Part shown: positions 12,994-24,118 of the stretch, in pieces
How positions within the stretch are numbered: the stretch's first letter is position 1
How the letters are laid out: each line of letters starts with the position of its first letter
Source of the DNA: an uncultured Actinomycetota bacterium
Lineage (GTDB): Bacteria; Actinomycetota; Actinomycetes; JACCUZ01
Length of the DNA: 64,000 nucleotides
NCBI GenBank assembly: GCA_963757295.1
Contig: CAVWQZ010000007.1
Location: 14,303 to 78,302, forward strand
Direction: 5' to 3'
Position numbers and translations under genes: made by a program
The notes under the pieces: generated by a model
The model's input: only the letters and a program-made list of their open reading frames with translations
Told to the model about the DNA's origin: nothing
The model's database searches: none

Positions 12994-13428
12994 TCACCGC
13001 GACGCCGCAGCGCGCCGGAAGCGCTGGGCGGCGAGGACGCCGACCGCGGTGAGGGCGGCGACCAGGAACAGCTGGTAGGCACGCTCGAACGCGGTGAACC
13101 GGTCGTCGGCGTACCCGCCGTCGAAGAAGCCGGAGATCACGCTGAGCGAACAGTGCCACCGCGAGCAGCCCGGAGCCGATCAGCGCGACCCGCCGACGAC
13201 AGGAGCCGGCGGCGTAGCCCAGGCGAGATCTGGGCGACGATCATCGGCAGCGGGATCGACAGCCTGCCCTTCCGGGCCCATCGCGTCGAGCAGGTTCGGG
13301 CTGAGGTCACCGGTCACCGAGATCACCGCGCCGACCACCGAGATCGCGACCAGCGCCGAGGACGCCGTAGAGCACGGTGCGGCTCGGCTCGAGCGCGCCC
13401 ACGCGGCGCTCTGCTGTCTCGACGGTCA
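12994..13428 (-). CDS. hypothetical multi-pass membrane protein, at least three frameshifts
   Basis: Minus-strand pieces MTVETAERRVGALEPSRTVLYGVL, SALVAISVVGAVISVTGDLSPNLLDAMGPEG and VALIGSGLLAVALFAQR...FFDGGYADDRFTAFERAYQLFLVAALTAVGVLAAQRF. No family recognised. Confidence 0.3.
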
Positions 13429-13499
13429 TCGCGTGCTCCTCCGGTTCTCGCTGGCTTCCCCCGAAGAGAACCGCACCCCGCTTGTCGGCGACTTGCAGA

Positions 13500-14040
13500 C
13501 GGCTAGCCGACCGTTGTCGGTCAGGACCCGTTGCACGGTGAGGCCGAGGACGGCGAACCAGGCCACGGCGTGGCGCAGTACGAGCGGTGGCGGTGGCGGC
13601 GGTCTCGTCGTCGTGGATCTCGGCGTAGGCGACCCGGGAGTGGTCGTCGATGCACGGTGTGCACGAACGCGGTGCCCACGCTCGGGTTGTGGTGCCGTTG
13701 CGTGAGTGCCAGGAGTGGCGGCCGGTTGCGGTAGCCCTGGGCTCGGCGCCCGACGTAGCGCCAGCCGCCGCCGTCGGGGACGTTGCCCAGCTTCATCACG
13801 ACCACGTGCAGCAGCGACCCGGGATAAGGGTGCTCGTAGCGGCGGATCGGCTCGCCGGTGACCCGGTCGATGTGCGGAGAGCCGGTTGAGCCGGCAGCGG
13901 ACCAGCACCGCATGCACGGTGGAGGACGGCATCGCCGAGCTTCGCGCCGATCGCGACCGGTCCCAGGCGCTGCTTCCACCGCAGGTGCACGATCTTGCGG
14001 ACCACCGGGGCCGGGGTCCGATTCGGGCTGTGGTGCGGGC
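13500..14040 (-). mobile_element. IS481-family transposase remnant, truncated at both ends and frameshifted
   Basis: HHSPNRTPAPVVRKIVHLRWKQRLGPVAIGAKLG, SSTVHAVLVRCRLNRLS, IDRVTGEPIRRYEHPYPGSLLH, LGNVPDGGGWRYVGRRAQGYRNR, HNPSVGTAFVHT and HAVAWFAVLGLTVQRVLTDNG. Homology stops before the distal DDE residues. No terminal inverted repeats were identified. Confidence 0.7.
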
Positions 14041-14196
14041 GCGGTGATGGCCGCGAGCGCTCAGCGCCCGGGATCAAGGGGCCATCATCGTCGGTCGACG
14101 TGCCCCGCGGCCGGCTGACGGTGACCGCCCGCGACGACGGCCACGTCGAGCTGACCAGACCGGCCGTGCTGGTCGCGCACGGCCAGCTGGACTGTG
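14040..14196 (+). pseudogene. duplicated 3'-terminal fragment of dapF
   Basis: About 155 nt closely match 14850..15008, including an identical 48-mer (14109..14156 = 14920..14967). It encodes AVMAASAQR...[32 protein letters not shown]. Its stop overlaps the GTG start of the intact dapF. Confidence 0.65.
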
Positions 14197-15008
14197 ATCA
14201 AGGGCCACGGCACCGAGAACGACTTCGTGCTGCTGCCCGACGCCGACGGCGAGCTCGACCTCACCGCCGACCTCGTCCGCCGGCTCTGCGACCGCCGCGC
14301 CGGCATCGGCGGCGACGGCGTGCTGCGGGTGGTGCGCACCGACGGCGGACGACGAGGCGCGCGGCGCTGCCCGGCGCGGCCGGGACGCGGTGGTTCATGG
14401 ACTACCGCAACGCCGACGGGTCGATGGCCGAGATGTGCGGCAACGGCATCCGGGTGTTCGCCCGCTACCTCGTCGACGAGGGGCTGGAGCAGCCCGGCCA
14501 GCACGACATCCTGACCCGGGACGGCGTGAAGACCGTCCGGCTGGGCGCCGAGGGCGACGTCACCGTCGACATGGGTCCGGCCCGGCTGCCCGGCACCGAC
14601 CGCAAGGTCTCGGTCGGCGACCGGGCCTGGCCGGCCGTCGAGGTCGACACCGGCAACCCGCACGCGGTGGTCTTCGTCGACGACCTCGGCGATGCCGGCG
14701 AGCTGCGGTCCGCACCGGTGGTGGAGCCGCCGTACCCGGACGGCGTGAACGTCGAGTTCGTCGTGCGCCGCGGCGACCGGCACGTGGCGATGCGGGTGCA
14801 CGAGCGCGGCGTCGGCGAGACCCGGTCCTGCGGCACCGGTGCGTGCGCCGTGATGGCCGCGAGCGCCCAGCGGGACGGGATCGCGGGCGCGGTCGTCGTA
14901 CGTCGTCGACGTGCCCGGCGGCCGGCTGACGGTGACCGCCCGCGACGACGGCCACGTCGAGCTGACCGGGCCGGCCGTGCTGGTCGCGCGCGGCGAGGTG
15001 GACCTGTG
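14194..15008 (+). CDS. dapF: diaminopimelate epimerase DapF, frameshifted
   Basis: [42 protein letters not shown] (first catalytic Cys), NVEFV and [20 protein letters not shown] (second catalytic Cys). Confidence 0.9.
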
Positions 15009-15763
15009 ACCGACCGGAGCCACCGGTCAGCACGGCGGCCGCGGTCGAGGCGCTGCGGCGAGTCGAACCTCGCCTCGCCGAGGCTCGCACGGTCAGCAGG
15101 ACGCCGCGAACACCCTGCTGGAGAAGGCCGCGGCGGCGCTGGACGCCGGCGACGTGGACGAGGCGCAGGGCGCTGGTGCAGCAGGCCAAGGCGCTGGGCC
15201 GGGACGAGCACGAGGGCGTCGAGGTCTGCTCGATGGCGGCGCACATGGCGCTGTTCACGCTGGTCAGCGACGTCGGCCGAGGACGGTGAGCCGCTGCTGT
15301 GGCTGGAGGCTGCGGAGGCCGTGCTGCCGACGTGCACGCAGGCCGGCCGGCTGCCGAGCTGCTCGGGCAGGTCGCCGATGCCGCCGACCCGGCCGGCTGG
15401 CCGCTGTTCGCGGCCTGGCGGGCCCAGCCGCTCCCGGACGACGCGCCCGGCCGGGTCGTCCAGCTGCTGCACGTGCTGCGCGAGCACCGTGGCGGTGCGC
15501 ACCTCGGCGCCGTGCGCACCGTCGGGCCTGCGTCCGCTGGAGGCGATCGTCGCCGGCGCCGGCGGACCGGGCAACGCCGCCTTCTTCGGCTGGCCCGAGC
15601 CGCTGCCGGAGGTCACCGACGAGCTGCGGGCCCGCCTGGCCCGGGCCGAGGAGGCCACCGACGCCCAGGTCGCGCCGGCGTACGCGGTGCTCGACGAGCG
15701 GGCCGGGACGACCTGCTGCGGCTGCTCGGGGCCGCCGCCGCGGCCGCCCGCTCGGAAGGCTGA
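15006..15763 (+). CDS. conserved hypothetical protein; resembles the actinobacterial SCO6745-type family from memory only; frameshifted
   Basis: GTGA overlap with the dapF stop. Fragments LLEKAAAALDAGDVDEAQ, RVVQLLHVLREHRGGAHLGAVRTVGLRPLEAIVAG and FFGWPEPLPEVTDELRARLARAEEATD. Confidence 0.4.
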
Positions 15764-15824
15764 CCGTGCGCCGGGCGTTAACGGGACGACCGGCACGCCC
15801 GGTTCCGTGTCACCCTGGAGAACG

Positions 15825-17298
15825 ATGACTTCTGCCTTCGACGACGACGTCGCCACCAGCACCGAGGACCCGCCGGTCCACGCCCGCCCCGCTCTACCGC
15901 GACCGACCCGCGCGACCACGACGGCGAGCAGTACGACCTCGCCGACCGCCAGGCGCTGCGCCGGGTCGCCGGGCTGTCGACCGAGCTCGAGGACGTCACC
16001 GAGGTCGAGTACCGCCAGCTGCGCCTCGAGCGGGTCGTGCTGGTCGGCGTCTGGACCGAGGGCTCGTCGCAGGACGCCGAGAACTCGCTGGCCGAGCTGG
16101 CCGCGCTGGCCGAGACCGCCGGCTCGCAGGTGCTCGAGGCGCTGATCCAGCGCCGGGACAAGCCCGACGCCGCGACGTTCATCGGCTCCGGCAAGGCCAC
16201 GCGAGCTGCGCGACCTGGTCGTCGCCACCGGCGCCGACACCGTGATCGGCGACGGCGAGCTCACGCCCGGCCAGCTCAGCCAGCTCGAGGACGTGGTCAA
16301 GGTCAAGGTCATCGACCGGACCGCGCTGATCCTCGACATCTTCGCCCAGCACGCCAGCAGCCGCGAGGGCAAGGCGCAGGTCTCGCTGGCCCAGATGGAG
16401 TACATGCTGCCGCGGCTGCGCGGCTGGGGTGAGTCGATGTCCCGGCAGGCCGGCGGCGCCGGCGGCTCCGGCTCGGCGGCGTCGGCACCCGCGGCCCCGG
16501 CGAGACGAAGATCGAGACCGACCGGCGCCGGATCCGCACCAAGATGGCCAAGCTGCGCCGCGAGATCACGCGAGATGAAGACGGCCCGGGACACCAAGCG
16601 CCAGGAGCGCCGGCGCCACGAGGTGCCGTCGGTCGCGATCGCCGGCTACACCAACGCCGGCAAGTCCTCGCTGCTCAACCGGCTCACCGGTGCCGGCGTG
16701 CTGGTCGAGAACGCGCTGTTCGCGACGCTGGACCCGACGGTGCGCCGGGCCGAGACGCCGGACGGCCGCACCTACACGCTCGCCGACACCGTCGGCTTCG
16801 TCCGGCACCTGCCGCACCAGCTGGTCGAGGCGTTCCGCTCGACGCTGGAGGAGGTGGCCGAGGCCGACCTGATCCTGCACGTCGTCGACGGCTCGGACGC
16901 CGACCCGGAGGCCCAGCTCGCCGCCGTCCGCGCGGTGCTGGCCGACGTCGACGCGCAGGACGTGCCCGAGCTGGTCGTGATCAACAAGGCCGACCTGGCC
17001 GACCCGCTGGTGGTCGACCGGCTGCGCCGCCGCGAGCGGCACAGCGTCGTGGTGTCGGCCCGCACCGGCCTCGGGATGGACGAGCTGCAGCAGATCATCG
17101 CCCGCGAGCTGCCGCGGCCCTCGGTGCCGGTCGACGTGGTGCGTGCCCTACGACCGGGGCGACCTGGTCTCGCGGATGCACGACGACGGCGAGCTGCTCG
17201 AGCAGGAGCACCGCGCCGAGGGCACCTGGGTGCGCGCCCTGGTGACCCCGGCGCTGGCCGCCGAGCTGGCGCCGTTCGCGGTCACGCCCACCCGCTGA
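15825..17298 (+). CDS. hflX: GTPase HflX, several frameshifts
   Basis: ERVVLVGVW, DRTALILDIFAQHASSREGKAQVSLAQMEYMLPRLRGWG, GPGETKIETDRRRI, the G1 motif VAIAGYTNAGKSSLLN, DTVGFVRHLPHQLVEAFRSTLEEV and VINKADL. Confidence 0.93.
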
Positions 17299-17342
17299 CC
17301 GGCGCTCGCCACCGGTGCACGCCGTCCGACTAGCCTCGGTCG

Positions 17343-19316
17343 GTGACCGCCGCCCGCTGCCGACGGCGCAGCCGAGACGCTGCCGGAGCCGTCGGTCCGC
17401 GAGCTGCTGGCGGCCGCGGTCGCCGGGGTCGGCGGCACCGAGCGGCCCGGGCAGGTGCAGATGGCCGAGGCGGTCGCGGCGGCGATGACCGAGGGCAGCC
17501 ACCTGCTGGTGCAGGCCGGCACCGGCACCGGCAAGTCGCTGGCCTACCTGGTGCCGGCGCTGCTGCACGACGACCGCGTGGTCGTCGCGACGGCCACGAT
17601 CGCGCTGCAGAACCAGGTCGTCGACCGTGACCTGCCGGCCCTGGTCGACGCGGTCGAGCCGCTGCTCGGGCCGGCGGCCGACGTACGCGATCCTCAAGGG
17701 CCGGTCGCACTACCTGTGCCGCAACAAGGTGCACGGCGGCATGCCGGACGACGACGGCGACGCGCTGTTCGACCCGTCGCCGACCACCGCCGCTGGGCCG
17801 CGACGTCGTGCGGCTGCGCGGCTGGGCCGAGGACGACCGAGACCGGCGACCGCGACGAGCTCGACCCCGGCGTCGACGACCGGGCCTGGCGGCAGGTCAG
17901 CGTCACCGCGCGCGAGTGCCTGGGCGCCGCCAAGTGCCCGTACGGCGCGGAGTGCTTCGCCGAGCTGGCCCGCGACCGGGCCAACGAGGTCGACGATCGT
18001 CGTGACCAACCACGCGATGCTGGCGATCGACGCGCTGGAGAGCTTCACGCGTGCTGCCCGAGCACGACGCGGTCGTCGTCGACGAGGCGCACGAGCTGGT
18101 CGACCGGGTCACCGGGGTCGCGACCGACGAGCTGACCGCGCCGATGGTCGAGCGGGCCGCCGCGCCGGGCCCGGCGGCATCGTCGACGGGCACCGAGGAC
18201 CTCGACCGACGCGGCCGTCGGCGCTCGAGGCGGCCCTGGCCGCGCTGCCCGAGGGCCGCATCGTCCAGCTGCCCGAGCAGCTCGCCACCGCGATGGCGCT
18301 GGTGCGCGACGCGGCCCGCGACGGTCGCTGTCCGAGATCGGCCGGGCCAAGCAGGCCGACGACGGCGCCCGGAAGGTGGCCGTCGGCCGCTGGTCGGGCG
18401 CCGTGCACGAGACCGCCGAGCGGGTCGCGGCGCACTCGCCGTACGACGTGGCCTGGATCTCGCACGACCAGCGCCGCGGCTCGGTGCTCAAGGTCGCGCC
18501 GCTGTCGGTCAACGGCCTGCTGCGCGAGGCGCTGTTCGGTGAGCGCTCGGTGGTGCTGACCAGCGCGACCCTCGAGCTGGGCGGGTCGCTTCGAGCCGGT
18601 GGCCCGGCAGGTGGGGCTGACCGGCGACGACGCCCCGGAGTGGACCGGCCTCGACGTCGGCTCGCCGTTCGACTACCCGCGGCAGGCGATCCTCTACGTC
18701 GCCCGCCGGCTGCCGCCGCCGGGGCGCGACGGCGCCTCGCCGGCCGCGATGGACGAGCTCGCGGCGCTGGTCGAGGCCGCCGGCGGGCGCACCCTGGGGC
18801 TGTTCTCGTCGATGCGCGCGGCCGAGGCCGCCGCGGCGGAGATGCGCGAGCGGCTCGACGTGCCGGTGCTCTGCCAGGGCGAGGAGCGGACCGCCGCGCT
18901 GGTGTCGGCGTTCGCGGCCGACGAGGCCGACCTGCCTGTTCGGCACGCTGTCGCTCTGGCAGGGCGTCGACGTGCCCGGCGACGCCTGCCGGCTGGTGGT
19001 GATCGACCGCATCCCGTTCCCGCGGCCGGACGACCCGCTGATGTCGGCCCGGCGCCCAGGCGGTCGCCGACGCCGGCGGCAACGGGTTCATGACGGTGTC
19101 GGCCGCGCACGCGGCGCTGCGGCTGGCCCAGGGCGCCGGCCGGCTGGTGCGGCGCTCCAGCGACCGCGGCGTGGTCGCGGTGCTGGACTCCCGGCTGGCG
19201 ACCGCGCGGTACGCCGGGTTCCTGCGCGCCTCGCTGCCGCCGTTCTGGGTCACCACCGACCACGAGGTCGCGGTGGGCGCGCTCCGCCGGCTGGGTGAGC
19301 TGCTGACGGAGAGTGA
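17343..19316 (+). CDS. DinG-like ATP-dependent DNA helicase (XPD/Rad3 family), many frameshifts; 3' end approximate
   Basis: HLLVQAGTGTGKSLAYLVPAL (Walker A), ILKGRSHYLCRNK, CPYGAECF (Fe-S cysteines), VVVDEAHEL (DEAH), VVLTSATL, GRTLGLFSSMRA, CLFGTLSLWQGVDVPG and VVIDRIPFPRPDDPL. Confidence 0.85.
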
Positions 19317-19444
19317 CCGGCCGGCTGCACGGCCCCGCCGTTGGCTGTGCGAGACACCGATTTGTCGCTGTGAGGTCTCCCCATGGCCCGCTTTCGCGTC
19401 TAAGGTTCCGGCCAACCCGTCACCTTTCGACAAGGACTCCTTCT

Positions 19445-22086
19445 GTGCGCCTGACCCGAACATCTGCGCTGAGCGCAGCCTGCGTCGCCGTGGCCACCGC
19501 CGCCGGCACGCTCGTCGCGGCTCCTGCGGCCACCGCCGCCGAGCCCACCGCCCCGTTCATCTCCGAGATCCACTACGACAACGCCGGCGCGCGACGCCGG
19601 CGAGTTCGTCGAGGTGCAGGTGCCGCCGGGCACCAGCACCGCGGGCTGGACGGTCGTGCTCTACAACGGCAGCGGACGGCGCGCGCCTACGACACCGACG
19701 CGCTGCCGGCGGTGACCGCGCCGGCCGGCGGGCCGTCCGCGGTCGCGGTCATCGACTACCCGGCGACGGCATCCAGAACGGCGTCACCGGACGGCATCGC
19801 CCTGGTCGACGGCAGCGGCACGGTCGTCGAGTTCCTGTCCTACGAGGGCGACGATCACGGCGACCGCGGGCCCGGCGGCCGGCGTGCACGAGCACCGACA
19901 TCGGCGTCGCCGAGGCCGGTACGCGGCGCCGGTCGGCAACAGCCTGTCCAAGCGCGGCGACCCGACGCCACCGGCGACTACGTCTGGCAGCCGCCGGGCC
20001 GCGGACACCAAGGGCGCGGTCAACCCGCCGCTCGACGAGGAGCCGCCGCCGGTCGAGCCGTGCGAGGTGACGCCGACCCACGAGATCGGCTCAGATCCAG
20101 GGCACCGGCGCTTCCGCACGCCGGTGACCGGCCAGGTCCGGGTGCGCGGCGTCGTCGTGGGTGACGTGCCCGGCCTCGGCGGCTTCTACCTGCAGGACGC
20201 CGACGGTGACGGGAACGCGGCGACCTCGGACGGCATCTTCGTCGCTCAGCCCGGTCGCGGTCGACCTGGGCGACACGGTCGCCGTCGACGGCGGCGCCGG
20301 CGAGAACTTCGGGCAGACCCAGATCGTCTCGCAGCGCGACGTCGCGGTCTGCGCAGGACGGCTCCGCGGCCGACCTCCCGGCCGCCGCCGCGCTCGACCT
20401 GCCGGCCGACCGACGCCGCGCGCGAGCCGCTTCGAGGGCATGCTCGTCGGCGCCGGTCGGACACGCTGATGGTCAGCGAGGTCTTCGCGCTCACCCGGTT
20501 CGGCGAGCTCACGCTGTCCCAGGGCGGGCTGCTCGTCCAGCCGACCGAGCTGGCCGCCCCGGCACGCCGGAGGCCGCCGCGATCGCGGCGGACAACGCGG
20601 CGCGCAAGATCCTGCTCGACGACGGCACCGACGCCAGCCGGAGCGCCACCAACCGGCCGTACCTGTCGGCCGACCACCCCGGTGCGGGTCGGCGACGAGC
20701 TCGACTTCACCGAGAAGCTCGTCCTCGGCTTCGGCTTCGGCGAGTGGCGGCTGCAGCCGGCGGACGGCACGCCCGAGGGCGTCTTCGCGCCGCAGAACAC
20801 CCGGCCGGCTGCGCCCGGACGAGGTCGGCGGCGACGTCCAGGTGGGCGCGTTCAACGTGCTCAACTACTTCATCACGCTGACCGGTCCGGACGCCCGCGG
20901 CGCCACCAGCCCGGCCGGCTTCGCCAAGCAGTCCGCGAAGATCGTGACCGCGATCAGCGCCCTCGACGCCGACGTCGTGACCCTGATGGAGATCGAGGAC
21001 ACCGACTCGACCGGCTGCCAGCCGGGGAACGCGGACGGCGCGCTGGCCGACCTGGTCGGCAAGCTGAACGCGGCCGCCGGATGCGGACAAGTGGGCCTAC
21101 GTCCCGCTGCCCGACGAGCTCTACGCGGTCGACCGGGACGTCATCCGCAACGCGATCATCTACCGCAAGGACGTCGTCCAGCCGGTCGGCGACCCGGTCG
21201 GTCTGGTGGACGAGGACGTGTGGTTCAACGCCCGCGAGCCGAGCGCGCAGACCTTCGTCAAGGACGGCGACCGGTTCACGGTCGTCGCCAACCACTTCAA
21301 GTCCAAGAGCGCCCGGCGCGCCGACGGGACGACAACGTCGACACCGGCGACGGGCAGGGCGAGTGGAACGGCGACCGGACGCGTCAGGCGGCCTCGCTGG
21401 CCGCGTTCGTCGACGACCTCAAGGCGTCGACCGGGGACCACGACGTCCTGCTGCTCGGCGACTTCAACGCCTACACCCAGGAGGACCCGATCGAGGTGCT
21501 CCGCGACGCCGGCTTCACCGACCTCGGCTCGGCAGCTCGACGCGGGTCGCTACAGCTACGTGTTCGACGAGCTGTCGGGCTCGCTCGACCACGCGCTTCG
21601 GCACCGCAGCCGCTGACCGCCAAGGTGACCGACGTGGCGCACTGGAACATCAACTCCGTCGAGTCGTTCGCCTACCAGTACGACGGCGACCCGGCGCTGT
21701 ACGCGCCGAACCCGTTCCGGTCCAGCGACCACGACCCGCTGGTGCTCGGTATCGACCTCGAGGAGCGCTGCAACGGCCTGCTGCCCACCATCAAGGGCAC
21801 CAACGCCGCCGAGACGCTCACCGGCACCAACAAGAACGACGTGATCATGGGTCTGGGCGGCAACGACCGGATCACCGGTGCCAACGGCAACGACGTGATC
21901 TGCGGCGGGGCCGGCGACGACGTCGTCGACGGTGGCAACGGCAACGACGTCCTGCTGGGCGGGTTCGGGAACGACACCGTCACCGGTGCCAACGGTGACG
22001 ACGTCCTGATCGGCGGACCGGGAGTCGACGTGCTCAACGGCGGCCGCGGCAGCAACAGCATCACCCAGGACGGCGCCGAGTCCTGA
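19445..22086 (+). CDS. ExeM/NucH-family secreted endonuclease with an N-terminal lamin-tail-like domain and C-terminal RTX-type calcium-binding repeats; many frameshifts
   Basis: Signal peptide VRLTRTSALSAACVAVATAAGTLVAAPAATA. LTD-like PFISEIHYDNAG..AGEFVEVQ. EEP nuclease core VGAFNVLNYF, VVTLMEIED, FTVVANHFKSK, LLLGDFNAY and SGSLDHAL. Tail GGNDRITGANGNDVICGGAGDDVVDGGNGNDVLLGGFGNDTVTGANGDDVLIGG. Confidence 0.85.
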
Positions 22087-23044
22087 TCGGGCGCTGACCT
22101 GAGGTACACCAGAACGGCCCCCGGCGGATTCCGCCGGGGGCCGTTCTGCCCGCAGCTGCTGTCCGGTAGTAGACCGAGACGTGCACGTGGTCGTAGTGGT
22201 TGGCCGTGGTCGAGCCGCGGTCGGACATGTACCGCCAGCCCTCGCTGCTGCGCTGGACGGTCCAGATCTGCTGCGACCAGATGACCTCGCTGACACCGAG
22301 CTCGCCGGCGTGCGCGCGCACGTAGGCCGCGATCGCGTCGCCGAGCGAGCCGCTGCACATGATGTCCAGCGCGAGGCCGGCGCCGTGGTCGCCGGAGCCG
22401 GTGCGCCCGCCCCACGAGCTGACCGCCGGGAAGGCCGCGCACACCGCGCGGTAGACCTTGATGGTGTTGGACTGCAGGCCGCTCTCCACCGACGAGCCGT
22501 CGGAGCAGGGCGAGCCCGAGACGCCGGCCGCCGCTGCCGACGGCGCGCAGCTGTCGGCGGTCGGCTTGCTGCGGGTCAGGAACTCCTTGTGCACCCACGC
22601 CAGCTGCTCGCCGCGGACGATCTGCGCCCAGCCGCCGTGGACGACGCCGGTGAACTGCACCTTGTCCCCGGCGTCGAGCACGGTCAGCAGGCGACTCTTC
22701 TCGTCGGAGTCGCTCCAGACGTTGAGGTCGTCGGTCACCCACCGGGGTGCGAGGTCCAGCGACCGCGACCGGTCGGCGGCCAGGTCCAGCGCGACGACGT
22801 CGGCCATCCGCGGGGCCGGCGGCTCGGCGCGCACCACGGTGCGCGACACGGTGGGCCCGGCCGCCCGCGCGGCGGTCCGGACCGGCTGGTCGGCCAGCAG
22901 CGGTGCGGCTCGGCCCGTCGGCCGGCTCGAGCGCGGTCAGCGACCGGGACCACCGCTGCTACCGCGAGCACCGCGCGGCGAGGCCCCCCACCGCTGCAGA
23001 CGCACCTGCCGGGGCAGGGTCTTGCGGTGCCGGCCGGCAGGCAA
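22061..23044 (-). CDS. secreted SH3b-like plus zinc-peptidase-like (SxHxxGxAxD / DHVH motifs) protein, paralog A. The N-terminus is frameshifted and the stop is apparently lost.
   Basis: ORF 22061..22849 carries PRWVTDDLNVWSDSDEKSRLLTVLDAGDKVQFTG..WAQI, GSGDHGAGLALDIMC and TTANHYDHVHVSVY. It is about 85 percent identical to the protein at 58677..59515. The start is TTG, encoding LPAGRHRKT. Confidence 0.7.
22111..22147. terminator. strong bidirectional hairpin between convergent genes
   Basis: A perfect 17-bp stem, AGAACGGCCCCCGGCGG / CCGCCGGGGGCCGTTCT, with a 3-nt loop. Confidence 0.75.
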
Positions 23045-23120
23045 CTCGAGATCACTCCGGGGGAGGGGGACCGTCGGAAGGAACGAGTGAAGCACATCCA
23101 CCGGTGTCCGCCCGCATCGC

Positions 23121-24115
23121 ATGCGGTACGAATGGTCCGTGGCCACGACCGACCCGCTGCCGCTCGTCCGGCCGATGCTGGCCACGCCCGGTGAGCTGCC
23201 CACCCCCCAGCAGGAGCACCGCTGGGCGTTCGAGATGAAGTGGGACGGGATCCGGGCGGTCGTCTACCTCGAGGCGGCGGCCTGCGGCTGATGACCCGCA
23301 ACGACCGCGAGGTGTCGGCCACCTACCCCGAGCTGGCCGGGCTGGCGGCCGAGCTCGCCGGTCACCGGGTGGTGCTGGACGGCGAGGTGGTGGCCTTCGA
23401 CGAGGCCGGCCGGCCCAGCTTCGGCGAGCTGCAGGCCCGGATGCACGTCCGGGCGCCCGAGCCGGGCGCTGGTCGACCGGGTGCCGGTGAGCTTCCTCGT
23501 CTTCGACGTGCTGCACCTGGACGGCACGTCGCTGCTGGGCGAGACCTACGACGAGCGCCGGGTGGTGCTCGAGGCGCTGGACCTGGCGGGGGACCGGTGG
23601 GCGGTCCCGCCGGCCTTCGACGGGCAGGCCGCGGACGCCCTGGAGGCCTCCCGGGCGCAGGGCCTGGAAGGGGTCCTCGCGAAGCGGCACGACTCGACGT
23701 ACCTGCCGGGGCGTCGTTCGCCGCACTGGGTGAAGGTCAAGCACCAGCGGATGCAGGAGGTGGTGGTCGGCGGCTGGTCGCCGGGCGCCGGCCGGCGGGA
23801 GGGCGGCATCGGGTCGCTGCTGCTCGGCGTACCCGACGACGACGGGCGGCTGGTCTACGCCGGGCACGTGGGCACCGGGTTCACCGACTCCGTGCTCGCC
23901 GACCTCGGCAGCCGGCTGCGCGCCCGGAGCGGCGGACGCCGCCGTTCGCCGACGAGGTGCCGCGGGCCCACGCCAAGGACGCGCACTGGGTCACGCCCCG
24001 GCTGGTGGGCGAGGTGCGGTTCTCGGAGTGGACCCGCGACGGCCGGATGCGGCACCCGACCTGGCGCGGCCTGCGTCCCGACAAGGACCCCGAGGACGTA
24101 CGCCGGGAGAGCTGA
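23121..24115 (+). CDS. ATP-dependent DNA ligase, stand-alone ligase domain (LigC-like); two or three frameshifts
   Basis: RPMLATPGELP, WAFEMKWDGIRAV (adenylation lysine motif I), VLDGEVVAF, FLVFDVLHLDG, LEGVLAKRHDSTYLPGRRSPHWVKVK and EVRFSEWTRDGRMRHPTWRGLRPDK. Confidence 0.88.
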
Positions 24116-24118
24116 CCG

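Noticed and set aside
23045-23120. A possible ydaO-type (c-di-AMP) riboswitch in the leaders of the SH3b-peptidase paralogs, since actinobacterial cell-wall hydrolase genes often carry one
   Set aside because: GGGGGACC-like and ACGGGGAGACC-like strings occur. However, the conserved 3' elements I recall (GGGGUGAAUC and CCGAAUCCGACAGCUAACCUCGUAAGCG-like) are absent on either strand. The A-copy leader is also only 76 nt long, too short for the motif.
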